Assembly (NCBI GenBank): GCA_965205945.1
Contig: CBDBIB010000003.1
Span: 288,001-352,000 of the forward strand
Direction of reading: 5' to 3'
From: Bdellovibrionales bacterium
Lineage (GTDB): Bacteria; Bdellovibrionota; Bdellovibrionia; Bdellovibrionales; UBA1609
DNA length: 64,000 nucleotides
How positions within the stretch are numbered: position 1 is the stretch's first letter; each line of letters opens with the position of its first letter. Positions 29,492 to 38,933 of the stretch are shown here, in pieces. The notes below the pieces were generated by a model. It was given only the letters and a program-made list of their open reading frames with translations, had not been told where the DNA came from and did not search any database. The position numbers and the translations under genes were made by a program.

Positions 29492-30643
29492 TTAATCAAA
29501 AAGTTTATCAATAAGCTCATCACCATGAATGGGATTTAATGTATAAGGCGTAAAATTTGGATTTTTTTTTAAAGAATCAACATTTATTTTAGTAAAACCT
29601 TTGCCTCCTTTAGGATGCTTAATGGATAAAAACCCTCTTGTTTCTAATTTTTTTCTAGATTTATAAACTGAGATTCTATTAAAGATTTTTTGCCTTATAA
29701 ATTGAGAGATCGTAAACGCGCCACCCTCAACAAGTATTGACTGAAAATTATATATTTTATAAAAATCTTTTGAAAGCCTACGTAAATCCCACTCTTTTTT
29801 TAAATTCACATGCAGTTTTAAAAATGAGTATCCACGGGTTTTTTGAGGAAGGTTTTTACAAAGAAAGATAATATTTTCTTTACTCCTAACATGTAAAATC
29901 TTTTTATTTTCTATATTTGTTAAGCTTTTAAGATCTGGATCAAAAATAATTACTTTAAGCGGTTTTTCATAACCTTTTTTCCTAACATCTAAGCTTGGGT
30001 TATCCGACTCCAATGTTCTTCTGCCAATTAAAACGGCCTGACTCTGAGCCCTAAGATAGTGTGAGTGCTCTTGAGACTGTAAACTAGTGATCCAAGGATT
30101 TCCCTGTCTTACGGCTGTCTTTTTATCGGCACTTTCAGCCCATTTTAGGTGAATATAGGTTCTTTTATTTTCAAAAGCATAAAAAAACTTATGATTTAAT
30201 TCTCTATTTAATTTAAAATATTTATTATCTCCTTGAACAACTTTAATTCCAGCTTGTTGGATTTTTAAAAGGCCTTTTCCTGACACCAAAGGATTTGGGT
30301 CTTTTGTAATATATATGAGTTTTTTAGGTTTTTTAGCAATAATTAAATCAGCGCATGGCGATGTTTTCCCATAATGTGAACAAGGCTCTAAAGTTACAAC
30401 TAACGTTAAACCTTTTGCTGAACTAACGTTTTGTAAACAGTTTGCTTCAGCATGGGCTCCACCATATTTTTGATGGTGGCCAAAAGAGATAAGCTTATTG
30501 GTATTTTCGTTAAAAAGAACTGAGCCCACAGAAGGGTTGGGCTCAACTAAGCCTACACCTTGAGCTGCAAGCTGTAAGGAAAACCTTAAAGCCTCATCTA
30601 AGCTTATATGGTCACCAACTTGGCAATTAATTGGCCTTAGCAT
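29492..30643 (-). CDS. ribD: Riboflavin biosynthesis deaminase/reductase
   Basis: PNPSVG, HAE, TLEPCSHYGKTSPC and ILVEGGA. Confidence 0.95.
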   Translation of the reverse strand: MLRPINCQVGDHISLDEALRFSLQLAAQGVGLVEPNPSVGSVLFNENTNKLISFGHHQKYGGAHAEANCLQNVSSAKGLTLVVTLEPCSHYGKTSPCADLIIAKKPKKLIYITKDPNPLVSGKGLLKIQQAGIKVVQGDNKYFKLNRELNHKFFYAFENKRTYIHLKWAESADKKTAVRQGNPWITSLQSQEHSHYLRAQSQAVLIGRRTLESDNPSLDVRKKGYEKPLKVIIFDPDLKSLTNIENKKILHVRSKENIIFLCKNLPQKTRGYSFLKLHVNLKKEWDLRRLSKDFYKIYNFQSILVEGGAFTISQFIRQKIFNRISVYKSRKKLETRGFLSIKHPKGGKGFTKINVDSLKKNPNFTPYTLNPIHGDELIDKLFD

Positions 30644-30649
30644 TTAATT

Positions 30650-31756
30650 TTATTTAAGCATCCAGGATTTTGAGTATGCATTAAGCTCTACCTTAGAAGC
30701 CTCATTAGAAATTTTTAAGGGCATTCGTGAATCGATCATTACAGCATATTCATTAGTTTTTGTTTTTGCACTGATATTCTTAACAGCTTTTGGGTGTGGA
30801 CCATGGGGAAATCCAGATGGATGAAGACTCATCATTCCGGCGTGTAAATTATCACGACTAAAAAAATCTCCATCATGATAAAATAAAACTTCATCGTAGT
30901 CGATATTTTGGTGATAAAAAGGAACTTTTAAAGCATCTTTATCAGATTCTAAAGGCCTTGGTAAAAAAGTGCAGACTACAAAATCTTTAGCTAAAAATGT
31001 TGTATGCGCTGAGGGTGGCAAGTGTGCTCTGTGGCTCATCAAAGGCATAAGGTCATTAACATGAAGAGTGTATGGGTATAAATCTCCCTTCCAGCCTAAA
31101 GTATCATAAACGTTTTCTTTGTAGGTAAAAGTAGTTTTTTCACCCATTTTTTTCACAACTATTTTACAAATATCATAATCAAGCAAATTTAAAATTTTAT
31201 GAAGTTTGTCTAAATTAGGTTTCACTAAAGCTTCTGTATCATATACGGCATTTTTTCCAACCATTCCACGGTCAGGCTCATTAAAATGACTATTCTTATT
31301 CTCCACAACAAAAAACTTAGAGTTATTTTTAGGAATAAACGTATGTCCTAAGCATTTTGGGATAACAATATACATTCCTTTATTATATGTAAGAGACCCA
31401 TATTCAGTAAGGAGTTCTCCGTCACCAAAATGACAAAAATAAAGTAAGTCTCCATCGGCATTTCTATAAGAAATTTGGTTGCTTAAATCTTTAGGAGAAA
31501 TTAAAAGCAGTGAAATTTCAATTTGTTCATTAAATAAAAGTTTAATGAGTTTTCTAGAATCACAAAGTTTAGTAAGATCAAACATATGGGGTCTTAATGG
31601 ACCGTTAATATCTACCCACCTTGTTGAGGGTTTTGGTTTTAATAAATGAGAAACTCTACCAAAAAAACCTAAAAGTCCTTGTTCTTCTTCAAACTGCCCT
31701 TTAGGGATTCCTTTATGAGCTTGTTTTGTGTGTCGACCTTGAGAGTAGTGGTGCAT
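30650..31756 (-). CDS. hmgA: Homogentisate 1,2-dioxygenase
   Basis: RNADGD, HLPPSAHTTF, VPFYHQNIDYDE and HPSGFPHGPHP. Confidence 0.94.
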   Translation of the reverse strand: MHHYSQGRHTKQAHKGIPKGQFEEEQGLLGFFGRVSHLLKPKPSTRWVDINGPLRPHMFDLTKLCDSRKLIKLLFNEQIEISLLLISPKDLSNQISYRNADGDLLYFCHFGDGELLTEYGSLTYNKGMYIVIPKCLGHTFIPKNNSKFFVVENKNSHFNEPDRGMVGKNAVYDTEALVKPNLDKLHKILNLLDYDICKIVVKKMGEKTTFTYKENVYDTLGWKGDLYPYTLHVNDLMPLMSHRAHLPPSAHTTFLAKDFVVCTFLPRPLESDKDALKVPFYHQNIDYDEVLFYHDGDFFSRDNLHAGMMSLHPSGFPHGPHPKAVKNISAKTKTNEYAVMIDSRMPLKISNEASKVELNAYSKSWMLK

Positions 31757-31758
31757 AT

Positions 31759-32832
31759 TTATAAAAATCCTCTTTCTTTTTGATCTCTTTCAATAGCATC
31801 AAATAAAGCCTGAAAGTTTCCTTCGCCAAAACCATTATGTTTTTTTCTTTGTATGATTTCAATAAAAATTGGGCCGAATAAATTTTTAGTAAAAATTTGT
31901 AGTAAATAACCTTTTTCATCACCATCTACTAAGATTTTAAGTTCTTTTAACTTATCAATGTCTTCTGTTACGTGCGGTAAACGTGTTTTTAATATATTAT
32001 AATATGTGTCGGGCACCTCTAAAAAATCGACATTTAATTTTTTCATTTCAGTAATAGTTTTAATAATATCATTTGTTCCTAAAGCAATATGTTGAATACC
32101 TGAACCTTTATATTCATCAATATACTCTTGGATTTGAGATTTTGAATCTGTTGGCTCGTTTATTGGAATAGCAAGTTTTTGACATGGTGAACTCATAACT
32201 TTAGAAATTAGGCCTGTTGATGTACCTTTAATATTAAAAAATCTAGTTTCTTTAAAATTAAATATGCTAGAATAAAAATCACACCATTTTTCCATTTTAG
32301 AAGCAGGGACATTATTGGTTAGATGATCAATATAAGTAACTCCAAGCCCGTTAAAGTCAGCTGTGTTAAAATCAAAATCTTTATTAAAAGGATTTATACC
32401 ATCTTTATAATCAACAAAATAAATTAGCGAGTTACCAATGCCATAAATAGCATGAAATTGGCTTATGTCTTTTCTATTAATATATGGAGTGGCACCTCTT
32501 TTAAGGGCTTTTTCATAGGCTTTTTGAGCATCTAAAGTTCTTAAGCCCATGGCACAAGCTGAAGCGCCATGTTTATCCTTAAAGTCTTTAGCAAAACTAT
32601 CGGGCTCTTCATTAACAATAAATTTGACAGAGCCGTGGCTATAAAAGTAAATATCTTTTTTTTTATGCTTTCCAGTTAAAGTAAACCCTAGTTTTTTAAA
32701 AGTTTCATGAAGAATTTTAGTATCAGTTCCTGCAAATTCAACAAATTCACACCCATCTAAGCCACATGGATTTTCCCATGCATCAGGATCAATATTTTTC
32801 ACTTTTAATTCTGTTTGTAGAGTTGTACCCAT
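31759..32832 (-). CDS. hppD: 4-hydroxyphenylpyruvate dioxygenase
   Basis: IDHLTNNV, GIQHIAL, LLQIFT and GFGEGNFQALF. Confidence 0.97.
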   Translation of the reverse strand: MGTTLQTELKVKNIDPDAWENPCGLDGCEFVEFAGTDTKILHETFKKLGFTLTGKHKKKDIYFYSHGSVKFIVNEEPDSFAKDFKDKHGASACAMGLRTLDAQKAYEKALKRGATPYINRKDISQFHAIYGIGNSLIYFVDYKDGINPFNKDFDFNTADFNGLGVTYIDHLTNNVPASKMEKWCDFYSSIFNFKETRFFNIKGTSTGLISKVMSSPCQKLAIPINEPTDSKSQIQEYIDEYKGSGIQHIALGTNDIIKTITEMKKLNVDFLEVPDTYYNILKTRLPHVTEDIDKLKELKILVDGDEKGYLLQIFTKNLFGPIFIEIIQRKKHNGFGEGNFQALFDAIERDQKERGFL

Positions 32833-33203
32833 AGAAATCTCCTTATATCAATTTTTAACCATAAAAGACCATCATTTTCAAGAGATAGCCTTTTATTTTT
32901 CACTTATTTTATATTTAAAATCAAAGCTCATTTAATAAAACTTTGTTAGCTAGCTTAATTTTTATGGCTTGACTAAATGATCATTCATCAAGTCGTTATG
33001 ACAACGATAACCAGATAAAGAGGTAAGAAAGACTGAGCATGCCGTTATAGTTTCTGTCAAGTTTCTCATGTCAAATTAAAAGATCTTAAAAGTGTTTAGG
33101 CTTAAAAACATGATTATTAAGGCTTGTATTTAAAGGAGGATACTAATTACACTAAATGGTTCTTAAATAAAATCTAACTTATACGCATACGATTTTTTTA
33201 TTT

Positions 33204-33497
33204 TTAGTGAAAAAACAATTTAAAAATACTTTCTTTATTTAAGTCAGGGAAGTAGGAGCGCTCTTTTTGTAAAATACCGTTTTTAGTTTCCTGGAAAGAA
33301 ATCTTTCCCTCCGGGCAATATCCAAGGCAGGAGGTTAAAACTATTTTTTTTAAAGGTTTTTTGTTAAAGATTCTAAAGAATTTAAGTTTAATTTCTTTAA
33401 AAGACTCAATGTTCCAATAAAACCCTAGATTTTTAGAGTTTCTTACTTTTTTAAGTCTTACCTGACAAGATTGACAAATAAAAATTTTATCTTGCAT
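33204..33497 (-). CDS. Small Cys-containing protein (thioredoxin-like ferredoxin/DUF1636-like)
   Basis: ICQSC...TSCLGYCPEG; directly downstream of the PPTase-like gene. Confidence 0.5.
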   Translation of the reverse strand: MQDKIFICQSCQVRLKKVRNSKNLGFYWNIESFKEIKLKFFRIFNKKPLKKIVLTSCLGYCPEGKISFQETKNGILQKERSYFPDLNKESIFKLFFH

Positions 33498-34031
33498 TTA
33501 AAAACTACTCGTTACTAAAGAAAAAATACAAGATTCACCCACTGCGCCACATAAAAAATTAGCAGACTCTCCCCTTAAAGACAATGTTCCTTCGTAGAAT
33601 CCTTTACTGGTTTTATCTAAGGTTTTAATCTGCATTTTAGGCAGATTTTTTTTATCAGGCATAAACTTAAAAGCGGCTTCTTTTATAACCCATAAAAACT
33701 TCTGATTTTCTTTATTAAAAAACAATTGGTTTTTTTGTGTAGATATTCTTTTAATTATTTTAGGTGTGATTCTACTCATCTCTTCAATATCAAATCCTAT
33801 TTCTTTTTTTAAGTAAAGCGCATACCCGCCTAATGATTTACAGTGACTTATAGATAAAAAAAATTTATTTGATTTAGGGAGTGTTTTTAAATTTAGAAAA
33901 GATGCGTTTTTAGTTTTTTTGTAAAGCTGTGTGCGAATTTTTTTCCTATAATCTTTTTTTTTACTAGACCAATCAGAAGATAAAAACACTTCGCCTAATG
34001 AAGTTTTTAAGCATATATTTAAAGCTGTCAT
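33498..34031 (-). CDS. 4'-phosphopantetheinyl transferase-like protein
   Basis: LSISH, IGFDIE and WVIKEAAFK; GGAGG SD. Confidence 0.82.
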   Translation of the reverse strand: MTALNICLKTSLGEVFLSSDWSSKKKDYRKKIRTQLYKKTKNASFLNLKTLPKSNKFFLSISHCKSLGGYALYLKKEIGFDIEEMSRITPKIIKRISTQKNQLFFNKENQKFLWVIKEAAFKFMPDKKNLPKMQIKTLDKTSKGFYEGTLSLRGESANFLCGAVGESCIFSLVTSSF

Positions 34032-34159
34032 TAAAAACCTCCTTATTTATTATATTTTATATAGGTTTGTTATTCATTATAATGTAGAAAAAATAAAGCT
34101 TTTTTAAAGCTTTAATGATTTTTATAAAAATCCTTGCATAAGTGCTGGCTAATAAAGAG

Positions 34160-34753
34160 CTAATTTGCTTGACCACTTTTTAAAGATGTAATGATTTGTT
34201 TAGAAATTTCTTTTAATGATTCAAAAACCCCTACTCCTTTAAAAGCTTGAGCTTTAAAGTCAGAAAAAGTATCTTGATTTAATTCAAGTCTTAGGTCTTT
34301 TAAGGGTAAAGCATTTAAAAGATCTTGTTTATTGTACTGAATTACTAAAGGAAGATTTTTATAATTGTAGCCCTGTCTTTCTAAATTAGATTTTAACCCT
34401 TTAAAAGAACGTTTGTTCTCTTTAAGGCGTTCTTTTTGTGAGTCTGCTACAAAAATTACTCCATCTAATCCCTTTAGAATAAGCCTTCTACTTGCTTCAT
34501 ATACAATCTGACCAGGAACCGTATAAAGATGAAATCTTACATTATAGTCATTGATCTTACCTACCTCTAAAGGAAGAAAATCAAAGAAAAGTGTTCTCTC
34601 TGTATCTGTTGGAAGTGTGAAAAGCTCTGATTTTTGAAGATTTTGAAGTTGCTTATAAATCCACTGCATATTAGTTGTTTTACCGCCTAAAGATGGGCCG
34701 TAATAAACAATCTTACAGTGGATTTCTTTTTTATTATAGTTAATAAAAGACAT
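34160..34753 (-). CDS. mglA: Ras-like GTPase MglA
   Basis: MSFINY..KEIHCKIVYYGPSLGGKTTN, TERTLFFDFLP, LYTVPGQ and QYNKQD. Confidence 0.96.
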   Translation of the reverse strand: MSFINYNKKEIHCKIVYYGPSLGGKTTNMQWIYKQLQNLQKSELFTLPTDTERTLFFDFLPLEVGKINDYNVRFHLYTVPGQIVYEASRRLILKGLDGVIFVADSQKERLKENKRSFKGLKSNLERQGYNYKNLPLVIQYNKQDLLNALPLKDLRLELNQDTFSDFKAQAFKGVGVFESLKEISKQIITSLKSGQAN

Positions 34754-34754
34754 T

Positions 34755-35369
34755 TTAAATCTTCACCCTATTTTCTAAAGCTTTGCCTAAAGTCCGCCCA
34801 TCTACAAAATCAATATAAGACCCCATAGGCACACCATGGGCCAGTCTTGTAACTTGCACATCATAGTCATTTAAAACCTCTTTAATATAAAGAGACGTAG
34901 TGTCTCCCTCTATATCAGCATCAAGGGCAACAACTACCTCTTTTAAGCCTTCTTCACTCATTTTAGAAATTTTATTAATAAGCTGAGTAATTGTTAAATC
35001 TTCAGGGCCTATTCCATTTAAAGGTGCAATAGAGCCATGAAGAACATGGTATCTACCCTTAAAAGCGCCAGAGCTTTCAATTTTTGCAATATCTGCAGGG
35101 CTTTTAACCACACACATAACAGGATTTTGTTGTCTTTTTATATCTGAGCAAAAATCACAAATGCTTTTATTTTCCGTGTAACAGAAACATTCGCTACATT
35201 TTTTAATTTTTTTTTTCACATCGTCTAAAGCCTCTCTTAAAGACTCAATTTCTTTCTCATGTTTTTTAATGATGTTTAAAGTTAAGCGCTGTGCTGTCTT
35301 AATGCCAATGCCTGGCAGTTTTGAAAGCTCATGAGCTAGACGGTCTATGCAAGGAACTTTTAAAAGCAT
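34755..35369 (-). CDS. recR: Recombination mediator RecR
   Basis: KLPGIGIKTAQR, C4 zinc finger, YHVLHG and Toprim EGDTT. Confidence 0.97.
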   Translation of the reverse strand: MLLKVPCIDRLAHELSKLPGIGIKTAQRLTLNIIKKHEKEIESLREALDDVKKKIKKCSECFCYTENKSICDFCSDIKRQQNPVMCVVKSPADIAKIESSGAFKGRYHVLHGSIAPLNGIGPEDLTITQLINKISKMSEEGLKEVVVALDADIEGDTTSLYIKEVLNDYDVQVTRLAHGVPMGSYIDFVDGRTLGKALENRVKI

Positions 35370-35372
35370 AGT

Positions 35373-35699
35373 TTAAAACATTCCCGGAATACTAGTGCCG
35401 CCTGTGACAGTTTCCACCTCTGCTTTGTAAGCATCTTTTGCTATTTTAATGGCATCATTAGTTGCAAGTTGAATCATTTCCGCTAACATTTGACTGTCAT
35501 TACTTTTTAAAACCTCAGGTGAAACATCTGTTGAAGATATAAAGTACTCACCAGTAACTACAACTTTAACTGCGCCACCGCCAGCTGAACCAGTAAAGTT
35601 TTTGGAAGTAAATTCATCTTGAATCTTTTTCATTTTATTCTGCATTTGATTAGCTTGTTTCATTAAATTTTTCATTCCACCAGGACCAAATCCCTTCAT
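35373..35699 (-). CDS. ybaB: YbaB/EbfC nucleoid-associated protein
   Basis: MKQANQMQ and GSAGGGAVKV; dnaX-ybaB-recR synteny. Confidence 0.95.
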   Translation of the reverse strand: MKGFGPGGMKNLMKQANQMQNKMKKIQDEFTSKNFTGSAGGGAVKVVVTGEYFISSTDVSPEVLKSNDSQMLAEMIQLATNDAIKIAKDAYKAEVETVTGGTSIPGMF

Positions 35700-35714
35700 A
35701 TTGCACTCCTTTTT

Positions 35715-37352
35715 TTATTTACGTTCGCTAATATCTTTAATTTTAATCTTATATTTTTCCTGCATTGCTTTAATTACAGAATGTTTTTCAAGGTTTTTTT
35801 TTATCTTTTCAAGTTCTTGGTCATGATTTTTTTTTTCAATAGCTTGAGCACTGGGTTTAAATTCTGCTGTTTGAGACTCTTTTGTGTTGTACTGCACTGT
35901 GTTTCCAGCCCCCCAACAAGAGACCAGACTTTTTTGAACAAGACTCAAAAAGTCTTTATTGCTTACTTGCTCTTTTAAAAATGTATTTTTAGCAGTTACA
36001 AAAAGACTTAAAACCTTAGTCTCTTTTTTATAACTGTACTCACAAAGCTCAAGCTTTGCCCCTACTACAGGGTTTGTATTTTTTAGCTGTGAAACAAAGC
36101 TTTTCCAATCGCTTAGATTATCTTTAGATCTTATGCTTGCAGTTTTTAAAGCTGGCTTTTCATATTCAAGGGTCGCAGGTTTTTTATATTCTAAAGTTGG
36201 CGGAGTAAAAGTTTTAATCACTGGTTTACTAACATCTGCTCTTAAAAGATCATTGTAGTAAGGAGATGTGCCTGCTTTTAAAAGCGTCATTTCTAATAAT
36301 ACAATGGGATTAAAGGCTTTTATAAGCTGAACTGTTCCCTTAAAGCATATATCAAAAAGAATATATAAGTCTTCAAGCTTTACTGTGGGTACAAGCGTTA
36401 AGTAAATATTTTTTTCAGCTTCAGAGTAGTCTTCTAGCTCTTTAAGTCTTACTCCATCAACTTTAAATAGAATTAAATTTTTAATGTGAACTAAAAGTTC
36501 TTCTAAATATGTTTGAGGATCTATATTAAAGTTTTTAATGTTTTTAAGTTCATCAACTAACTTTACCGAGTCTTTATTGATTAATATTTCTAAAATATTC
36601 TTAAAGTGACTAATATCCGTCACACCAAGGGTTTTTATAACAGAATCTTTAGTAAGTTTTCCTGAAGAAAATGTAATGCATTGGTCTAAAAAGCTTAAAG
36701 AGTCTCTAACACTGCCTTCGCCTATTTGAGCAATTAAAAATAAAGCATCGTCTTCATATTCCACTTTTTCAGAGCCACAAATTGTTTTTAAAAGTTGAAT
36801 CACTTGGATAAAAGGGACGAGTTTAAAATCATACCTTTGGCAACGAGAAAGAATTGTCTTAGGAAGCTTATGAGCCTCTGTTGTTGCCATTATAAAATAC
36901 ACACCTGAAGGTGGTTCTTCTAAAGTTTTTAAAAGTGCATTAAAGGCACTTCCTGAAAGCATATGTACTTCATCTATTATATATATTTTTTTTGTTCCTG
37001 ATGATGGATTTAAATTCACTTGATCACAAAGCTCTCTAATTGAGTCTACGCCGTTGTTTGAGGCTCCATCAATTTCTAAAACATCAAGACTTCTACTTAT
37101 AGAAATTTTAATACAATCTTGACAAACATTACATGGGTTTTGATTTTCTTTTAAATCTGTACACCTTAAAACTTTTGCAACAATCCTTGCTGTAGAAGTT
37201 TTACCTGTACCACGTGGGCCTGTAAAAAGAAGAGCATGGTGTAAACGGTCTGTTGTAATAGCATTAATAAGTGTCTGTCTTGTTGAGGACTGACCTTTTA
37301 AATCGGCAAAAGACTGTGGTCTCCATTTACGAGCTATTACTTGATACGACAC
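35715..37352 (-). CDS. dnaX: DNA polymerase III subunit gamma/tau
   Basis: YQVIARKWRPQSF, GPRGTGKT, EIDGASNNGV, IIDEVHML and SRC; GTG start with GGAGG SD. Confidence 0.97.
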   Translation of the reverse strand: MSYQVIARKWRPQSFADLKGQSSTRQTLINAITTDRLHHALLFTGPRGTGKTSTARIVAKVLRCTDLKENQNPCNVCQDCIKISISRSLDVLEIDGASNNGVDSIRELCDQVNLNPSSGTKKIYIIDEVHMLSGSAFNALLKTLEEPPSGVYFIMATTEAHKLPKTILSRCQRYDFKLVPFIQVIQLLKTICGSEKVEYEDDALFLIAQIGEGSVRDSLSFLDQCITFSSGKLTKDSVIKTLGVTDISHFKNILEILINKDSVKLVDELKNIKNFNIDPQTYLEELLVHIKNLILFKVDGVRLKELEDYSEAEKNIYLTLVPTVKLEDLYILFDICFKGTVQLIKAFNPIVLLEMTLLKAGTSPYYNDLLRADVSKPVIKTFTPPTLEYKKPATLEYEKPALKTASIRSKDNLSDWKSFVSQLKNTNPVVGAKLELCEYSYKKETKVLSLFVTAKNTFLKEQVSNKDFLSLVQKSLVSCWGAGNTVQYNTKESQTAEFKPSAQAIEKKNHDQELEKIKKNLEKHSVIKAMQEKYKIKIKDISERK

Positions 37353-37398
37353 TTTCCTCCCATAGTTATAGTTTAAATTAAGGTTTTAGACAGAAAAA

Positions 37399-37496
37399 AT
37401 GTCAGGTTACCCATATCACATATGCGCCTTACGGCCGCTGCTTTCTTTCGAATCTGACGGGGTTGGCAAAGCACACCATTGCATAGGACCTGACAC
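37399..37496 (-). ncRNA. ffs: Signal recognition particle RNA (small bacterial type)
   Basis: Minus strand ccaaccccgtcagattcgaaagaaagcagcgg gives the domain IV motif with a GAAA loop; terminal stem tgtcaggt/acctgaca; classic position upstream of dnaX. Confidence 0.88.
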
Positions 37497-37541
37497 TTTT
37501 TAAGTTAAAACAGCTAAAGTCTTTGGACAAGTGTAAGAACC

Positions 37542-38450
37542 TTGCATTATACTTTTTCTATGGCTTTGTTTAATGGTAGAAAACTAAAGTTTTTTGAATT
37601 TATGGGCTCTAAAAAAGCTATTTCTCCATGTTTGGATGCTAAGAATTTAAGCGAAATAACTTCTTCATCTTCTTTTCTTATAAAAAACCTTCCATATCCA
37701 AGCCAGATATTTAGAAAACCTAGACTTAGAGGTCTTCGTTTTAATGTTAGTTTGCGTGGAGAGCTTGAAATCTTAGCTAATAAATCTATAAACGATTTTC
37801 AGATCATAAGTCTTTTAAAGCCACATCAACCTTGGATACAAAGACAAATGGTTAAAAATAGTTTGATTAGAGCAAGATTTCCACAAAAACTTTGGAAATC
37901 TGGAGAGACTTTTTTTTTAAATGGCAAAAAGCTTAGCCTTATTTTTCTCCCAAGTTCTACTAAAAAAGCACACATTAGATTTATGAAAAACTCTTTTGAA
38001 TATTTTTATCCACTTACTTGGCATGAATATGATTTAAAAGAATTTCATAAAAAACTACATCAAAACTTTTTATACTTTTTTAGGCTCAAGGCTTCTCAGA
38101 TTTTAAATAAAAAAGTTTTTTACTGGAGTCAGCGCATGCAGCTTTTTCCAAAATCTGTAGCTTACAGAAATCAAAAATCAAGATGGGGCAGTTGCAGCTC
38201 TCTTGGGGTTATAAATTTAAATTGGCGTTTAATAGCTTTTGACGGTGCTATACAAGACTACGTTATTGTTCACGAGCTTGCTCATTTAAAACATCAAAAT
38301 CACTTTAAACAGTTTTGGGATCTTGTTGAGAGCTTTTTACCGGATAGAAAATTTACTCAAAAAAAGTTAAATAACACAGCTTTAATAGCCGATTGCTATG
38401 CTGCAAAATCTGAACTTTATCAAAATAACCCTGTTTATTTAAAAAAATAG
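37542..38450 (+). CDS. YgjP/DUF45-like (M48/SprT) zinc metallopeptidase
   Basis: QKSRWGSCS, LNWRL and DYVIVHELAHLKHQNH...FW. Confidence 0.9.
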   Translation: MHYTFSMALFNGRKLKFFEFMGSKKAISPCLDAKNLSEITSSSSFLIKNLPYPSQIFRKPRLRGLRFNVSLRGELEILANKSINDFQIISLLKPHQPWIQRQMVKNSLIRARFPQKLWKSGETFFLNGKKLSLIFLPSSTKKAHIRFMKNSFEYFYPLTWHEYDLKEFHKKLHQNFLYFFRLKASQILNKKVFYWSQRMQLFPKSVAYRNQKSRWGSCSSLGVINLNWRLIAFDGAIQDYVIVHELAHLKHQNHFKQFWDLVESFLPDRKFTQKKLNNTALIADCYAAKSELYQNNPVYLKK

Positions 38451-38706
38451 TAGTGTTGCGCATAAAACAGCCTAAGTTAATCGCTTAACTTTATAAAGTA
38501 GAAGGGTCAATTATTTTAAAAGTTTAGTATAAATTATGAAAAGCATGTGGCATTAAGCACAGTTAAATTAAGGAATTCACTAGACTAAAGTGGTAAAGTA
38601 CTAAAATAAATTTATATAAATTATAAAATGGTTTATAAAATAAGAGCTATTTTTTAAAAAAAGCTTACTAGTTTTAAGATTAAAAGTAAGATTTTGAAAG
38701 GAATAT

Positions 38707-38898
38707 TTAATTGTGTTTAAGTTATAATGTATTATTCTTATTGTTTTTTTAAAGCCTTGTTTTGTAGGTCAAACATATAAAATAAGGTTTTTAGACTCAA
38801 TAAGAGCTTTTAAAAATCACAATCTTTTAGATGATGTGCCTGAAAAAGAATTAAAAACAGTATATGATTAAAGAAAGCTATCTTTAAATTGGCTATAA
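38707..38898 (+). pseudogene. Internally deleted, frameshifted copy of the beta-barrel gene at 41710-42591
   Basis: Aligns with 41710-41880, then jumps at gaaagcta|tctttaaa to 42574-42591. The upstream region 38579-38706 also matches 41587-41709. Confidence 0.88.
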
Positions 38899-38933
38899 AT
38901 TAAAAGTTTTATGTATTAATAAGGGGAGAAAGT

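Noticed and set aside
32960..33060. Possible TetR-like operator (tgatcattca) or regulator remnant upstream of hppD
   Set aside because: Too short and imperfect, and no regulator ORF is present.
36151..36198. Imperfect 24-bp repeat and possible frameshift signal in the dnaX linker
   Set aside because: A degenerate low-complexity linker; no convincing slippery site with stimulatory structure was identified.
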